Shown: positions 16,673 to 25,093 of the stretch, piece after piece
Layout of the letters: each line of letters opens with the position of its first letter
How positions within the stretch are numbered: the stretch's first letter is position 1
Source of the DNA: a virus
Length of the DNA stretch: 39,408 bases
Strand: one strand, 5' to 3'
IMG/VR virus record: IMGVR_UViG_3300030399_000045
Location: 1 to 39,408 of that record
The notes under the pieces: model-generated
Database searches by the model: none
Told to the model about the DNA's origin: nothing
Seen by the model: the letters and a program-made list of their open reading frames with translations, nothing else
Translations under genes and position numbers: made by a program

Positions 16673-17107
16673 ATGGCCGATGTCGGAAGACCTCCTATAC
16701 CACTGGATTGGGATTTGATTGAGCAGTTGACGCAGGCGCATTGTAATGGAGTCGAAATTGCTGCACGGTTGCGTATTGATACAGATACGTTATACAATCG
16801 TGTTAAAGAAAAATATGGTATGAATTTCTCGTGTTATTCGGCAAAATTCCAGGGAAGCGGAAAGGCATTATTGCGTCAACAACAGTTCAACAAGGCACTT
16901 AATACTAAATCATCAGGTAACGTCCAAATGCTAATGTGGCTCGGCAAGCAGCTGTTGGGGCAGAAGGAAACCAAAGAAGATCTAAACATCGACGAAAACA
17001 CTCTCAAACAGTTTGAGAACATCATGAAAATGATGAAAGACTCTCAAGACTTATCTCCAGCCCTAAATATAGATGATAATAGCAACATCATCGACAGCCA
17101 GTCATAA
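16673..17107 (+). CDS. terS: Terminase small subunit-like HTH protein
   Basis: MADVGRPPIPLDWDLIEQL...GVEIAARLRIDTDTLYNRV... and MLMWLGKQLLGQKE are typical of one TerS family, from memory. Confidence 0.6.
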   Translation: MADVGRPPIPLDWDLIEQLTQAHCNGVEIAARLRIDTDTLYNRVKEKYGMNFSCYSAKFQGSGKALLRQQQFNKALNTKSSGNVQMLMWLGKQLLGQKETKEDLNIDENTLKQFENIMKMMKDSQDLSPALNIDDNSNIIDSQS

Positions 17108-17451
17108 TGACTAATACTAGTCGACAAAGCCTGTGGAGGCAATTCCTCCAATCTCTTGATAAAGTCATCGAACATTTGCAAAAGCTCCTCACGAGTAGGT
17201 TTAGATGGTGCTGATATGTTTTCTAATACTTCTGGGACTGCTGATACTTGATCGGCATCTACAGTCTTAATTATTATTTCATTTTCAGCGTCATCAATTC
17301 TTATAAAATTAATCCAGTTTTTTGCTCGGCATTTATAAAAATTATTTCCTCCGTCTACAGATATCTCACCGCAATTACATGTGACATAATCATGCCCATG
17401 AGTACTCTCAATGACATCTTTGCATAGTTTACACTTCGCTCTGTTTCTCAT
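17044..17451 (-). CDS. Zinc-binding hypothetical protein
   Basis: 135 aa with CKLC...H.HDYVTCNCG. It converges on terS and overlaps it by 64 nt. Confidence 0.5.
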   Translation of the reverse strand: MRNRAKCKLCKDVIESTHGHDYVTCNCGEISVDGGNNFYKCRAKNWINFIRIDDAENEIIIKTVDADQVSAVPEVLENISAPSKPTREELLQMFDDFIKRLEELPPQALSTSISHYDWLSMMLLLSSIFRAGDKS

Positions 17452-17683
17452 GGTTCCCCAAAAATTCTTTCATTTCTATATAATCTTGTTTTTGAATGAC
17501 TACAACTTTTTTTAAGATTTCCTCAAATTCATCGGGAGAAACTCCCGCGCATACTGTGCTACGGATAAATAAAGCTGTAAATAATGTTATCATGTCAGAG
17601 TCACAAAAATTATTTTCATCAGCAAATTTACAGATGTATTCATACGCTTCTTGGCATAATCGAGTTAAATCACCCTCTTCCAT
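17429..17683 (-). CDS. Hypothetical protein
   Basis: I prefer the start MEEGDL at 17683 (AAGG upstream). Longer versions would collide head-on with the 17744 gene. Confidence 0.45.
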   Translation of the reverse strand: MEEGDLTRLCQEAYEYICKFADENNFCDSDMITLFTALFIRSTVCAGVSPDEFEEILKKVVVIQKQDYIEMKEFLGNHEKQSEV

Positions 17684-17743
17684 TTTGTTGCCTTTTATTT
17701 GATTTTGTGGGACCATTGGGTCCAAATATATCATAAATAATAT

Positions 17744-17995
17744 ATGGCAACAATTACAAAACGCGTCTATCAATCCGGCTATGTAGTTTACAGAATGCGT
17801 ATAAGACGCAAAGGCGTGCCAGTTTTTTGTATGACATTCGAAAGCCGCGAGGAAGCGGAATCGTGGATTTTAACACATGAGATTTTGTATATGTCTAATC
17901 CAAAAAAATACATTGAGCGTATGAATAAGTTGCGTCTTATACATCACAGATGTAGTAATACAGATTTTTGCATCTCTCATGAAAGGTGGGATTAA
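17744..17995 (+). CDS. Stand-alone tyrosine-integrase N-terminal (arm/AP2-like) domain homologue
   Basis: MATITKRVYQSGYVVYRMRIRRKGVPVFCMTFESREEAESW matches the N-termini of many phage integrases. It is only 83 aa with no catalytic domain. The stop overlaps the terL ATG (TAATG). Confidence 0.5.
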   Translation: MATITKRVYQSGYVVYRMRIRRKGVPVFCMTFESREEAESWILTHEILYMSNPKKYIERMNKLRLIHHRCSNTDFCISHERWD

Positions 17996-19281
17996 TGTTA
18001 GACCATCCTCCTCTATCCACAAAACAATTGGAGTTTATCCGCAATTCAACTGCACACTGGAACCTGGCGCATGGCTCTGTACGCTCTAGCAAGACTGTAT
18101 GCACGTTATTTAGATTTATGCAGGCTTGTTACGATTGCCCGGATAGCCAGATCTTCATGGTTGGCCACTCATCAGATACAATCTATCAAAATGCCATCCG
18201 GCTATTATTTGAGAGTGATCAGTTTGCTATCTTTAGACCATTTTGTACCTGGTATAGTGGCAAGAGACAGCTTAAGTTCCGGGATAAGACCATACAGACA
18301 ATGGGCGCGAGGGATGAAGGCGCTATCGGTCAATTTCAAGGCAAGACGATGAGTTTGGTTTATTGCGACGAAATGACCTTGTACCCTGAGAGTATAACTG
18401 ACATGATTGATACTCGCTTAAGCAATCCCCACAGCATGGGTTTCGCATCAATGAACCCCTCACACCCCAACCACAAGCTGAAAAAGTGGATAGACAAGGC
18501 TGAAGCAGGAGATAAGAATTACTATGCATTACATTTTACCCTAGATGATAACCCGTACGTTGACGAATCTTATAAACAGCGTATACGTGACAGCCTTTCT
18601 GGCCTGTTTTATAAGAGAAATTATTTGGGACTTTGGTGTCTAGCTCAGGGAGCGATATTCGATTTTTTTGATCATAATTTACATGTTGTTTCACGTCCTC
18701 CGTGTGCCGCAGAATATTGGATTGCATCTATAGATTATGGCACAGCTAACCCCTTTTGTTGTTTGCTGATAGGTGTGAGCACAGGTAGATATACACAAAC
18801 AGGTAAAAAGCTATGGGTCGAGAAAGAGTATTACTGGGACCCGGTTAAAACAGCCAGGCAGAAAGTAAACAGTGAATTTGCAGACGATGTCTGCACTTTT
18901 TTAGAACCATATGGTGTAAAGCAGCTTTACATTGACCCAAGCGCTGAAGCAATGCAAGTCGAACTTAGACGTAGAGGATTGCATCCCATACATGCAAATA
19001 ATGATGTCGAAAACGGTATACAGACGATGTGCAAAGAGATGAAGGACGGCAATCTGGTTGTGATGGATACATGCAAGAATACGATAAGAGAGATCGAGAG
19101 CTATGTCTGGGACCCGAAAGAGGCAGCAAAAGGCTTCGACGCACCATTGAAGAAGGATGACCACAGTCTAGATGCCCTAAGGTATGCCCTACAGACCCAT
19201 AAAGTGGTTGAGCCATATACTGACAAGCACAATCCAGATGAGTATAGACGTAATAGATATGACACAAGCAGGAGGTTTTAA
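17995..19281 (+). CDS. terL: Terminase large subunit
   Basis: ATG at 17995, 5 nt after AAGGTGG. It has a Walker A-like GSVRSSKT, a Walker B LVYCDE, and nuclease motifs IDYGTANPF and DDHSLDALRYA. Confidence 0.9.
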   Translation: MLDHPPLSTKQLEFIRNSTAHWNLAHGSVRSSKTVCTLFRFMQACYDCPDSQIFMVGHSSDTIYQNAIRLLFESDQFAIFRPFCTWYSGKRQLKFRDKTIQTMGARDEGAIGQFQGKTMSLVYCDEMTLYPESITDMIDTRLSNPHSMGFASMNPSHPNHKLKKWIDKAEAGDKNYYALHFTLDDNPYVDESYKQRIRDSLSGLFYKRNYLGLWCLAQGAIFDFFDHNLHVVSRPPCAAEYWIASIDYGTANPFCCLLIGVSTGRYTQTGKKLWVEKEYYWDPVKTARQKVNSEFADDVCTFLEPYGVKQLYIDPSAEAMQVELRRRGLHPIHANNDVENGIQTMCKEMKDGNLVVMDTCKNTIREIESYVWDPKEAAKGFDAPLKKDDHSLDALRYALQTHKVVEPYTDKHNPDEYRRNRYDTSRRF

Positions 19282-19290
19282 GGAATTGGA

Positions 19291-19488
19291 ATGGAAATAA
19301 TAATTAGACGTAAAAAAAAAGATCGTTGGTCTACAAAATTTGATTGTTGCCAATTTTGTGGAACAAATAAAAAGAAACACCAAAGTCATGGTTTATGCTC
19401 TGCGTGTTATAATAAAGCCTATAGAGATGCTGTTAAAAAAACAAAAAGCGTTAAAGAAAGACCTAATTCTATTTTGATAAATGATTGA
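19291..19488 (+). CDS. Small zinc-ribbon protein (inserted cassette)
   Basis: CCQFCG...HQSHGLCSACYNKAYR, with RBS AAGGA. It is flanked by the duplicated terL 3' end. Confidence 0.5.
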   Translation: MEIIIRRKKKDRWSTKFDCCQFCGTNKKKHQSHGLCSACYNKAYRDAVKKTKSVKERPNSILIND

Positions 19489-19496
19489 GATGACAA

Positions 19497-19553
19497 ATGA
19501 TCGCACAAGATGAATACAGACTTAATAGATATGATACTAGCAGGAGATTTTGA
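19497..19553 (+). repeat. Chimeric mini-ORF carrying a displaced second copy of the terL 3' end
   Basis: 19509-19553 match 19237-19281 at 38 of 45 nt, with mostly third-position differences (DEYRLNRYDTSRRF* against DEYRRNRYDTSRRF*). The first 13 nt, AATGATCGCACAA, equal the start of the gene at 19838. Confidence 0.85.
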
Positions 19554-19841
19554 ATGAAGTGGATGGAAACAGACGATGGACATTTTATAAATGTAAAACA
19601 TATTTCTTTTTTTTATCATCAAATAAACAATAATTCAATAGCAGTAGCTTTAAAGAGCGATTTGCGTAAAGCTTTACTTAAATTAAAGGATAATGAAGAT
19701 TCTGACTTGATAAATTGTTATATTATAGATGTAGTATGTTACATAGAAAATAATAAAGAAAATCTTATTTTTACTAAACAAGATTTTCAACACCTAGCAA
19801 ATCTTGTTTTTGGATATAATTACGATAAAGAGGACGAATGA
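19554..19841 (+). CDS. Hypothetical protein
   Basis: 95 aa. The ATG abuts the TGA of the displaced terL tail. Confidence 0.5.
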   Translation: MKWMETDDGHFINVKHISFFYHQINNNSIAVALKSDLRKALLKLKDNEDSDLINCYIIDVVCYIENNKENLIFTKQDFQHLANLVFGYNYDKEDE

Positions 19842-20086
19842 TCGCACAAATCGAAAAAGACTACAAAGCCCGCGGCGTATGCTCCACATCATATATCATG
19901 CGTAAATACAAATTAAATTCGTTAAAATCTCAGCAATACCTAAAAGAGTTGTCACTAGACTGTGAGAGCTATGACAGGAATGAGGACGGAGTGATCAGTG
20001 TCATATATTTGGTTAATACCAATCGCCGGGAAAAGGAACGGGGACCGAATTATAAAGGCAGAGATTTATTAAAAAACGATGTCTAA
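19838..20086 (+). CDS. Hypothetical protein
   Basis: 82 aa with an ATGA overlap. Confidence 0.5.
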   Translation: MIAQIEKDYKARGVCSTSYIMRKYKLNSLKSQQYLKELSLDCESYDRNEDGVISVIYLVNTNRREKERGPNYKGRDLLKNDV

Positions 20087-20186
20087 GACACGAGAAAATC
20101 TCGATGATGAAGTTAAAATTTGAAGTTTAGGTTAACATAATATATGATATCAGACGTAGATCATAAAACAGGTACAAAGGAATTCA

Positions 20187-20603
20187 ATGGATCGAAAACA
20201 CTTATACTTCCACTCATCAAACTTAAAATCAATAAGTGATATTAATAAAGATGAAAATTTTGAGCCAGCATTTCATTATAAGGATGTAAAAACTCATCCT
20301 AATGAATTTGGAAGGATTAAAACACGACAAAATTATTATCATTTACTCATTGGAAATTTGAGACAAAAAGGATGCGCCTGGTGTAAATCAGAACTTAAAA
20401 TAATAAAAACTAATTATCCTCCGACTATGGTTGGAGGTATTGCTATTGTATTACAGTGCATAAAATGCGGTTCGAGGGGACCTATTTGGGAAATGAATGA
20501 GAGTTTGGAAGGACATGAGGAAAGTATGGAAATAATTAAAGATAGAATGGAAGAAATGTATATGCAAAGAAAACCCTGGCATGATGATTTAGATGAAAGA
20601 TAA
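20187..20603 (+). CDS. Zinc-ribbon protein, Lar (restriction-alleviation)-like pattern
   Basis: CAWC...(22 aa)...CIKCGSRGP resembles the Lar-family ribbon, from memory. Confidence 0.35.
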   Translation: MDRKHLYFHSSNLKSISDINKDENFEPAFHYKDVKTHPNEFGRIKTRQNYYHLLIGNLRQKGCAWCKSELKIIKTNYPPTMVGGIAIVLQCIKCGSRGPIWEMNESLEGHEESMEIIKDRMEEMYMQRKPWHDDLDER

Positions 20604-20826
20604 AAATAAATTTTTTTGCATAGAACGAGATATTGAGGAGCTTTTATTGGAAGCCCATCAAAAAGGGGTAGAACAGGCAATAGACCTTTCTATTCGAACA
20701 GGGGTGCCACTGGTTGTGGAAGAAAACGGCAAAATCAAAGAGATCAAGCCACAATACAAATACGTCCGAGTTCCAATTCATGCTAAAAAAGTTAAATCGA
20801 GTTCACGTACTTCCCCGAAATTATGA
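20593..20826 (+). CDS. Hypothetical protein
   Basis: 77-aa ORF. Confidence 0.5.
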   Translation: MKDKNKFFCIERDIEELLLEAHQKGVEQAIDLSIRTGVPLVVEENGKIKEIKPQYKYVRVPIHAKKVKSSSRTSPKL

Positions 20827-20888
20827 CAAACTTTTTACTATTTTTAATAGTTTTAATTCTTTTGACAACAGATTTTAAAGGAAAATAA
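20823..20888 (+). CDS. 21-aa hydrophobic peptide
   Basis: ATGA-coupled to the previous stop. The peptide is MTNFLLFLIVLILLTTDFKGK. Confidence 0.25.
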   Translation: MTNFLLFLIVLILLTTDFKGK

Positions 20889-20971
20889 ACCCAATTATAT
20901 CCCACCTGATCCGCAACGCACGCAAAAAACTTGGTCATATAAATCAGATTATTTGCATGCGCTGCGAAGAT

Positions 20972-21688
20972 CTATCCGATTCTTTTATTCAGAGCGAGAT
21001 ATAAATTTTCATACGTCTCATCCCTCGTGCCGCGCGTTGCTAAAAAAATATATCTAAAGTTAAGTTCATCCACCAATTTCTCAAATTTTTCTCTGTTATT
21101 TTTGAACATATTAAAAAAAGAGTGTACATAATAATGTGTAAAAAGTAGTCTTGATTTACCTTTTATAATAATTTTTAACTCATTTACTTTAGAAAAATAT
21201 ATTTCGCAGAATTCAAAAAGCAATTCTTTTTCTCTCAAAACTAATTTACCTGTTTTAAAAGGATCAATCAATCTTGAAGTATTAGAATAAGATTTATTCA
21301 AGTCTAAAATCAAATATGGTTTTATTTTATATTTATCGCAAATTTCTTTCATAAAAACATATTCCGGGATATTTTGCATAGCATAAAAATGAAGAAAATC
21401 ATCTGTAAACCATCTCACTTGTTTATTATTAAGATTCGCTATTGTATCTACTGTTGCATTTTTATCTAAAATATAATAAATAGGAATCTTTCGCTCTTTA
21501 GCAGCTAAAAAACGATGCTGACCATCAATAATATTAAAATCTTTATCTATAATTATCGGGTGGCACTCAAATGATTTTGGAAAATCCTCATCTTTGATGA
21601 GAGAATTTAAGTGTTTTTGATTGATTTTCCTATTACAGCTAAAAAACTTGAATTTTTCATAATTTGTGGTATGCTCTATTTTAGACAT
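20972..21688 (-). CDS. ParB/Srx-fold nuclease-domain protein (DGQHR motif)
   Basis: HPIIIDKDFNIIDGQHRFLAAKERKIPIYYIL. It is a lone minus-strand gene between the terL block and the portal gene. Confidence 0.7.
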   Translation of the reverse strand: MSKIEHTTNYEKFKFFSCNRKINQKHLNSLIKDEDFPKSFECHPIIIDKDFNIIDGQHRFLAAKERKIPIYYILDKNATVDTIANLNNKQVRWFTDDFLHFYAMQNIPEYVFMKEICDKYKIKPYLILDLNKSYSNTSRLIDPFKTGKLVLREKELLFEFCEIYFSKVNELKIIIKGKSRLLFTHYYVHSFFNMFKNNREKFEKLVDELNFRYIFLATRGTRDETYENLYLALNKRIG

Positions 21689-21690
21689 GT

Positions 21691-21746
21691 CATATCCTTA
21701 TGTAGTGGGTTTGTGGTAAACGCATTATATAAGGATATGTTTTTTT
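21691..21746. promoter_or_regulatory. 11-bp-stem hairpin covering the SD of the ParB-like gene, with a T7 run on the plus strand
   Basis: CATATCCTTAT (21691-21701) pairs with ATAAGGATATG (21729-21739), and TTTTTTT follows. Confidence 0.5.
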
Positions 21747-21856
21747 AAATCAACTTTTCTAGATCTTATTCCTAAAAATCAAAAAAAATAACGTCAACAT
21801 AATTTGCCATAATAATTTCTTTGTTGTATGTTACTCCAATATAGCAGTTTGCAATT

Positions 21857-24037
21857 TTGGAGGCCATCATCGGACTATATTTGCCCCCTTGGAATAATGA
21901 CATCGAGCCGTCTCAAGCCAGCGTAAGGCAATGGCTGGATAATCTTTATTCAAAGATGCAGCCGATCGAACAGTCCCGGTGGAATCAAAGTAATATTGAT
22001 ACACTTTTTTATGCCGGTTGCCAGACATTCGTGAATAAATACTTTAATTTCAGCCCACAATCCTATCAACAATACTACTTTAATCTCATTCAGCAACCTG
22101 TCAATATGATTACAGGTTATCAGCGCCAGCACAGGAAATCTATCAACTATGTGCCATGTGATGGAGCTGATCCCAACACTACAGATCAATACACAAGACT
22201 AATGACCCATGTATGGAATAGTGGATCAAACCATGAGCAATATAGCAAGGCGTGCGAGTTAGCGGCTGTAGCTGGTCTGTGCCTAGCCCAGCCCTATCTA
22301 GACTATACTGTAGACGATAATGCACAGGGATCGCTAAAAATCAAGGTGTGGGAATACAATAGTTTTATCGTTGACCCATATGCCAGGGACCCCGGGTTTT
22401 CTGATGCCCAGTTCGTGTGGTGTCAGGAGTATATCAGCAAGAGGGAAGCCGAGTCGCGTTTCCCGGATAAGATACAAAATATATTGCCCATGTCAGGTTC
22501 TCCTCAGAGATATGGAAATTTTTATTTTCTTCCTGAAAATTATAACATGAGTCGTAATGACTTACTTGTGCTCTCATACGTATGGTACAAGTGGAAAACA
22601 AAGAAGAAACGACTTTACAGTGCCAAGAACAATCAGTTTTACGATTTTGCAGGCGGTGAAGAGCAACTGGATATGATTTTATATCATATTAAAGATATGG
22701 AAGTAGTCACTGTAGAAACGCCTTGCTGGAAACTTGCAACGGTATTAAATGATCAATTGATGTATCAGGGAGAAAACCCAATTGGTGATATTGGCATGCC
22801 TTTTGTACCAATATATTGGAATTATGACCCTCACATAAATTACTATGACTTGCGTGTAAGATCGCTTGTGCGAACTATGCGCGACCCGCAATTTTTGTTT
22901 AATTATAAGGTAATACAAAATAATGATATCGCAGCAGCTACAATTAACGCAGGATGGAAGCGTAAAATTGGAGCCGTAGCCAATGAGGATAATCTCAAGA
23001 AATCCGGTCAGGGATGGGATGTGATTATCAATGATGGTTATGAGATGACCGATGTAGAGAAGATAATCCCTTCTGCAGTACCTGAAAGTGATTTGGCTTT
23101 AGCCCAACAAATGGCAGATCTGATTTATAATACATCAGGTATCAACCTGGAAAACTGGTCAGGACAGCAGGATAAGCAGGTTTCCAGCCTCACAGTATTG
23201 CTTAAGCAAGCTGCCAATCTGATGGTATTCCAGAAGTACTTTGATCAATGGGATTATTCTTTAAAGTTAATTGGTGAAAAGATGCTCCAGATCGTACTCA
23301 ACAACTGGAACGCGGAGAAAGTGGGGATGATGATAGGTGAAGAACCAAGTCCGCACTTCTTTAGTAGAATCTTCGCCAAATATCAGGTAGTTGTTGAAGA
23401 AGGGCTGCTTACACCAACACAGAAGAACTTCCAGGCTCAGCAAATGCTTGAGATTAACGAACGCTTTGGTCGTGAAGTATTGCCAGCCAGCATGATCATA
23501 AAAGATATGAATATCCAAGGCAAAACCGAGATCATGGAATACTTGCAGCAGCAAGAACAACAGCAGGCAGCTATTGCGGAAGAAGCACAAGGCTTTGCTC
23601 ATGCTCTTGAAGCGGCCAAGTTGAAAGAATTGTATAGTAAGGCTGTTGCTAATATCGCAAGAGCAAGAGAAGATCACTCAAGATCTGAATCTAACCTCGG
23701 ATTGTATGAAGAGCGTCTAAGTATGATAGAACGCAATCGCGCTCTTTCTCTCAAAGAAAAACAGGCAGCTTTAACCTCATTACTTGAAAGCATCCAGAAA
23801 TTTGGTGAAATTGAAACGATGTATGCTGAAAACAAATTGAATATCGACGAAAGCAATATACGAAGCGAAGAAGAACTGGAAAAACAGGATGTCGAAAGAC
23901 GTACACAAGCTAATAAATTCTTTGAAGAGATAATGCAGAATGCGCCTGATATGGGTGGTCAGCAACAACAACAGCCGATGCAACAACCACAGCAGCAACA
24001 ACAAAATCCTGCACAAAATATGAGTGGGATGTTATAA
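21857..24037 (+). CDS. Portal protein
   Basis: 726 aa, lying between terL and scaffold/capsid, with N-terminal ...RWNQSNIDTLFYAGCQ... and a Gln-rich C-terminal tail. The start is uncertain: TTG at 21857, or a non-canonical codon after GGAGG. The first ATG is at 21956. Confidence 0.7.
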   Translation: MEAIIGLYLPPWNNDIEPSQASVRQWLDNLYSKMQPIEQSRWNQSNIDTLFYAGCQTFVNKYFNFSPQSYQQYYFNLIQQPVNMITGYQRQHRKSINYVPCDGADPNTTDQYTRLMTHVWNSGSNHEQYSKACELAAVAGLCLAQPYLDYTVDDNAQGSLKIKVWEYNSFIVDPYARDPGFSDAQFVWCQEYISKREAESRFPDKIQNILPMSGSPQRYGNFYFLPENYNMSRNDLLVLSYVWYKWKTKKKRLYSAKNNQFYDFAGGEEQLDMILYHIKDMEVVTVETPCWKLATVLNDQLMYQGENPIGDIGMPFVPIYWNYDPHINYYDLRVRSLVRTMRDPQFLFNYKVIQNNDIAAATINAGWKRKIGAVANEDNLKKSGQGWDVIINDGYEMTDVEKIIPSAVPESDLALAQQMADLIYNTSGINLENWSGQQDKQVSSLTVLLKQAANLMVFQKYFDQWDYSLKLIGEKMLQIVLNNWNAEKVGMMIGEEPSPHFFSRIFAKYQVVVEEGLLTPTQKNFQAQQMLEINERFGREVLPASMIIKDMNIQGKTEIMEYLQQQEQQQAAIAEEAQGFAHALEAAKLKELYSKAVANIARAREDHSRSESNLGLYEERLSMIERNRALSLKEKQAALTSLLESIQKFGEIETMYAENKLNIDESNIRSEEELEKQDVERRTQANKFFEEIMQNAPDMGGQQQQQPMQQPQQQQQNPAQNMSGML

Positions 24038-24069
24038 AGAAAGATAAATTAAAAGCCGGGGAGGCTAAT

Positions 24070-24330
24070 ATGAAACAACACGATGATTCCAGACCAGGGA
24101 CTTTCAAGTCCGGGGGCCAGAGGATTGATAATCATGCATGGTGGGGGGGAGCCAAGGGAAAAGACTCTGTATTTCCCGATGGTCCACATAAAACTAAAAA
24201 CGAATCTTCTGCACAAGGTGCTGGCAGTCTTATGAAATACGAAGATACTACAGAAGCTATCCGTGCAGTACAGGTAGTTGGCAAGAATAAAGTTAATGCT
24301 CACCCAAGCAAACCAGGATATAGAAATTAA
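24070..24330 (+). CDS. Hypothetical protein
   Basis: 86 aa with RBS GGGGAGG. Confidence 0.55.
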   Translation: MKQHDDSRPGTFKSGGQRIDNHAWWGGAKGKDSVFPDGPHKTKNESSAQGAGSLMKYEDTTEAIRAVQVVGKNKVNAHPSKPGYRN

Positions 24331-24439
24331 ATCATTTGACCGCCAGAAACAGATGTAAACTCTGTCCTGGAGTGAAGAAAGATCTACAGTAAATTGCGAG
24401 TTAGATTCTCGCGGCGGTACACCATTTAAAAGAGGTCTT

Positions 24440-24721
24440 ATGAAAAGAAATAAAGAACAGATCAATGCAGAATCAGGTTTTGCAGATCCTATTAAAATTA
24501 AAGAGCAGAGGGAAATAGACAAACCTGTGGATGGAAAAAACTCTCCCTGGGATTTTAGATGTCCCCAATATGACCAGAGAAGCAGCAATTTTATTAATGC
24601 AGGTACGCACTATGGTATAGGACGCACTCAGCCCGTCGGACATAAAGGCAATCCAGCAATGACAGCGGAAACTTTACCACAGAATCGTAGACAGGGAATG
24701 AGGGTAGATGAACGAGGATGA
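24440..24721 (+). CDS. Hypothetical protein
   Basis: 93 aa with RBS AAGAGG. Confidence 0.55.
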   Translation: MKRNKEQINAESGFADPIKIKEQREIDKPVDGKNSPWDFRCPQYDQRSSNFINAGTHYGIGRTQPVGHKGNPAMTAETLPQNRRQGMRVDERG

Positions 24722-24908
24722 AACTTTAATTGCTGAATATGGTTCAGCATCGAACTTGCATTTCCCTAAAGGAACAGCATATGATTCTAGCGGAAAAGAA
24801 ATTATAGAACCTATTTGTGATAAATGCAAAGAACTTAAAAATGCAATTTATGGAAAAGAAACAATGGCATGGATATGTTTAAACGGATGTGTAGATGATA
24901 AAGGATAA
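24708..24908 (+). CDS. Cys-rich small protein
   Basis: 66 aa with CDKC...CLNGC. Confidence 0.5.
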   Translation: MNEDETLIAEYGSASNLHFPKGTAYDSSGKEIIEPICDKCKELKNAIYGKETMAWICLNGCVDDKG

Positions 24909-24913
24909 TAAAG

Positions 24914-25093
24914 ATGAAAAAGGTTAAATCACTGAAACCTACAAAGCCTTTTCACACTTCCGCCAGTCAAAAGGGCAGTGGAGACTTTTACGGGCAGGCT
25001 AAACGCAATCCGATGGGAAAGATGGTGGAAGGCATGGGCGAGAGACCTTTAAATAAGAAAGGTCTTAAGAAACCGCCTCGCTCTCTTGCTTAA
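24914..25093 (+). CDS. Basic 59-aa protein
   Basis: Not in the ORF track. RBS AAGGA. The protein is MKKVKSLKPTKPFHTSASQKGSGDFYGQAKRNPMGKM... Confidence 0.45.
   Translation: MKKVKSLKPTKPFHTSASQKGSGDFYGQAKRNPMGKMVEGMGERPLNKKGLKKPPRSLA

Noticed and set aside
17986-17994. The GTG at 17986 as the terL start, as in the ORF track.
   Set aside because: That GTG lies inside the SD AAGGTGG. The ATG at 17995 has ideal spacing and forms a TAATG junction with the upstream ORF.
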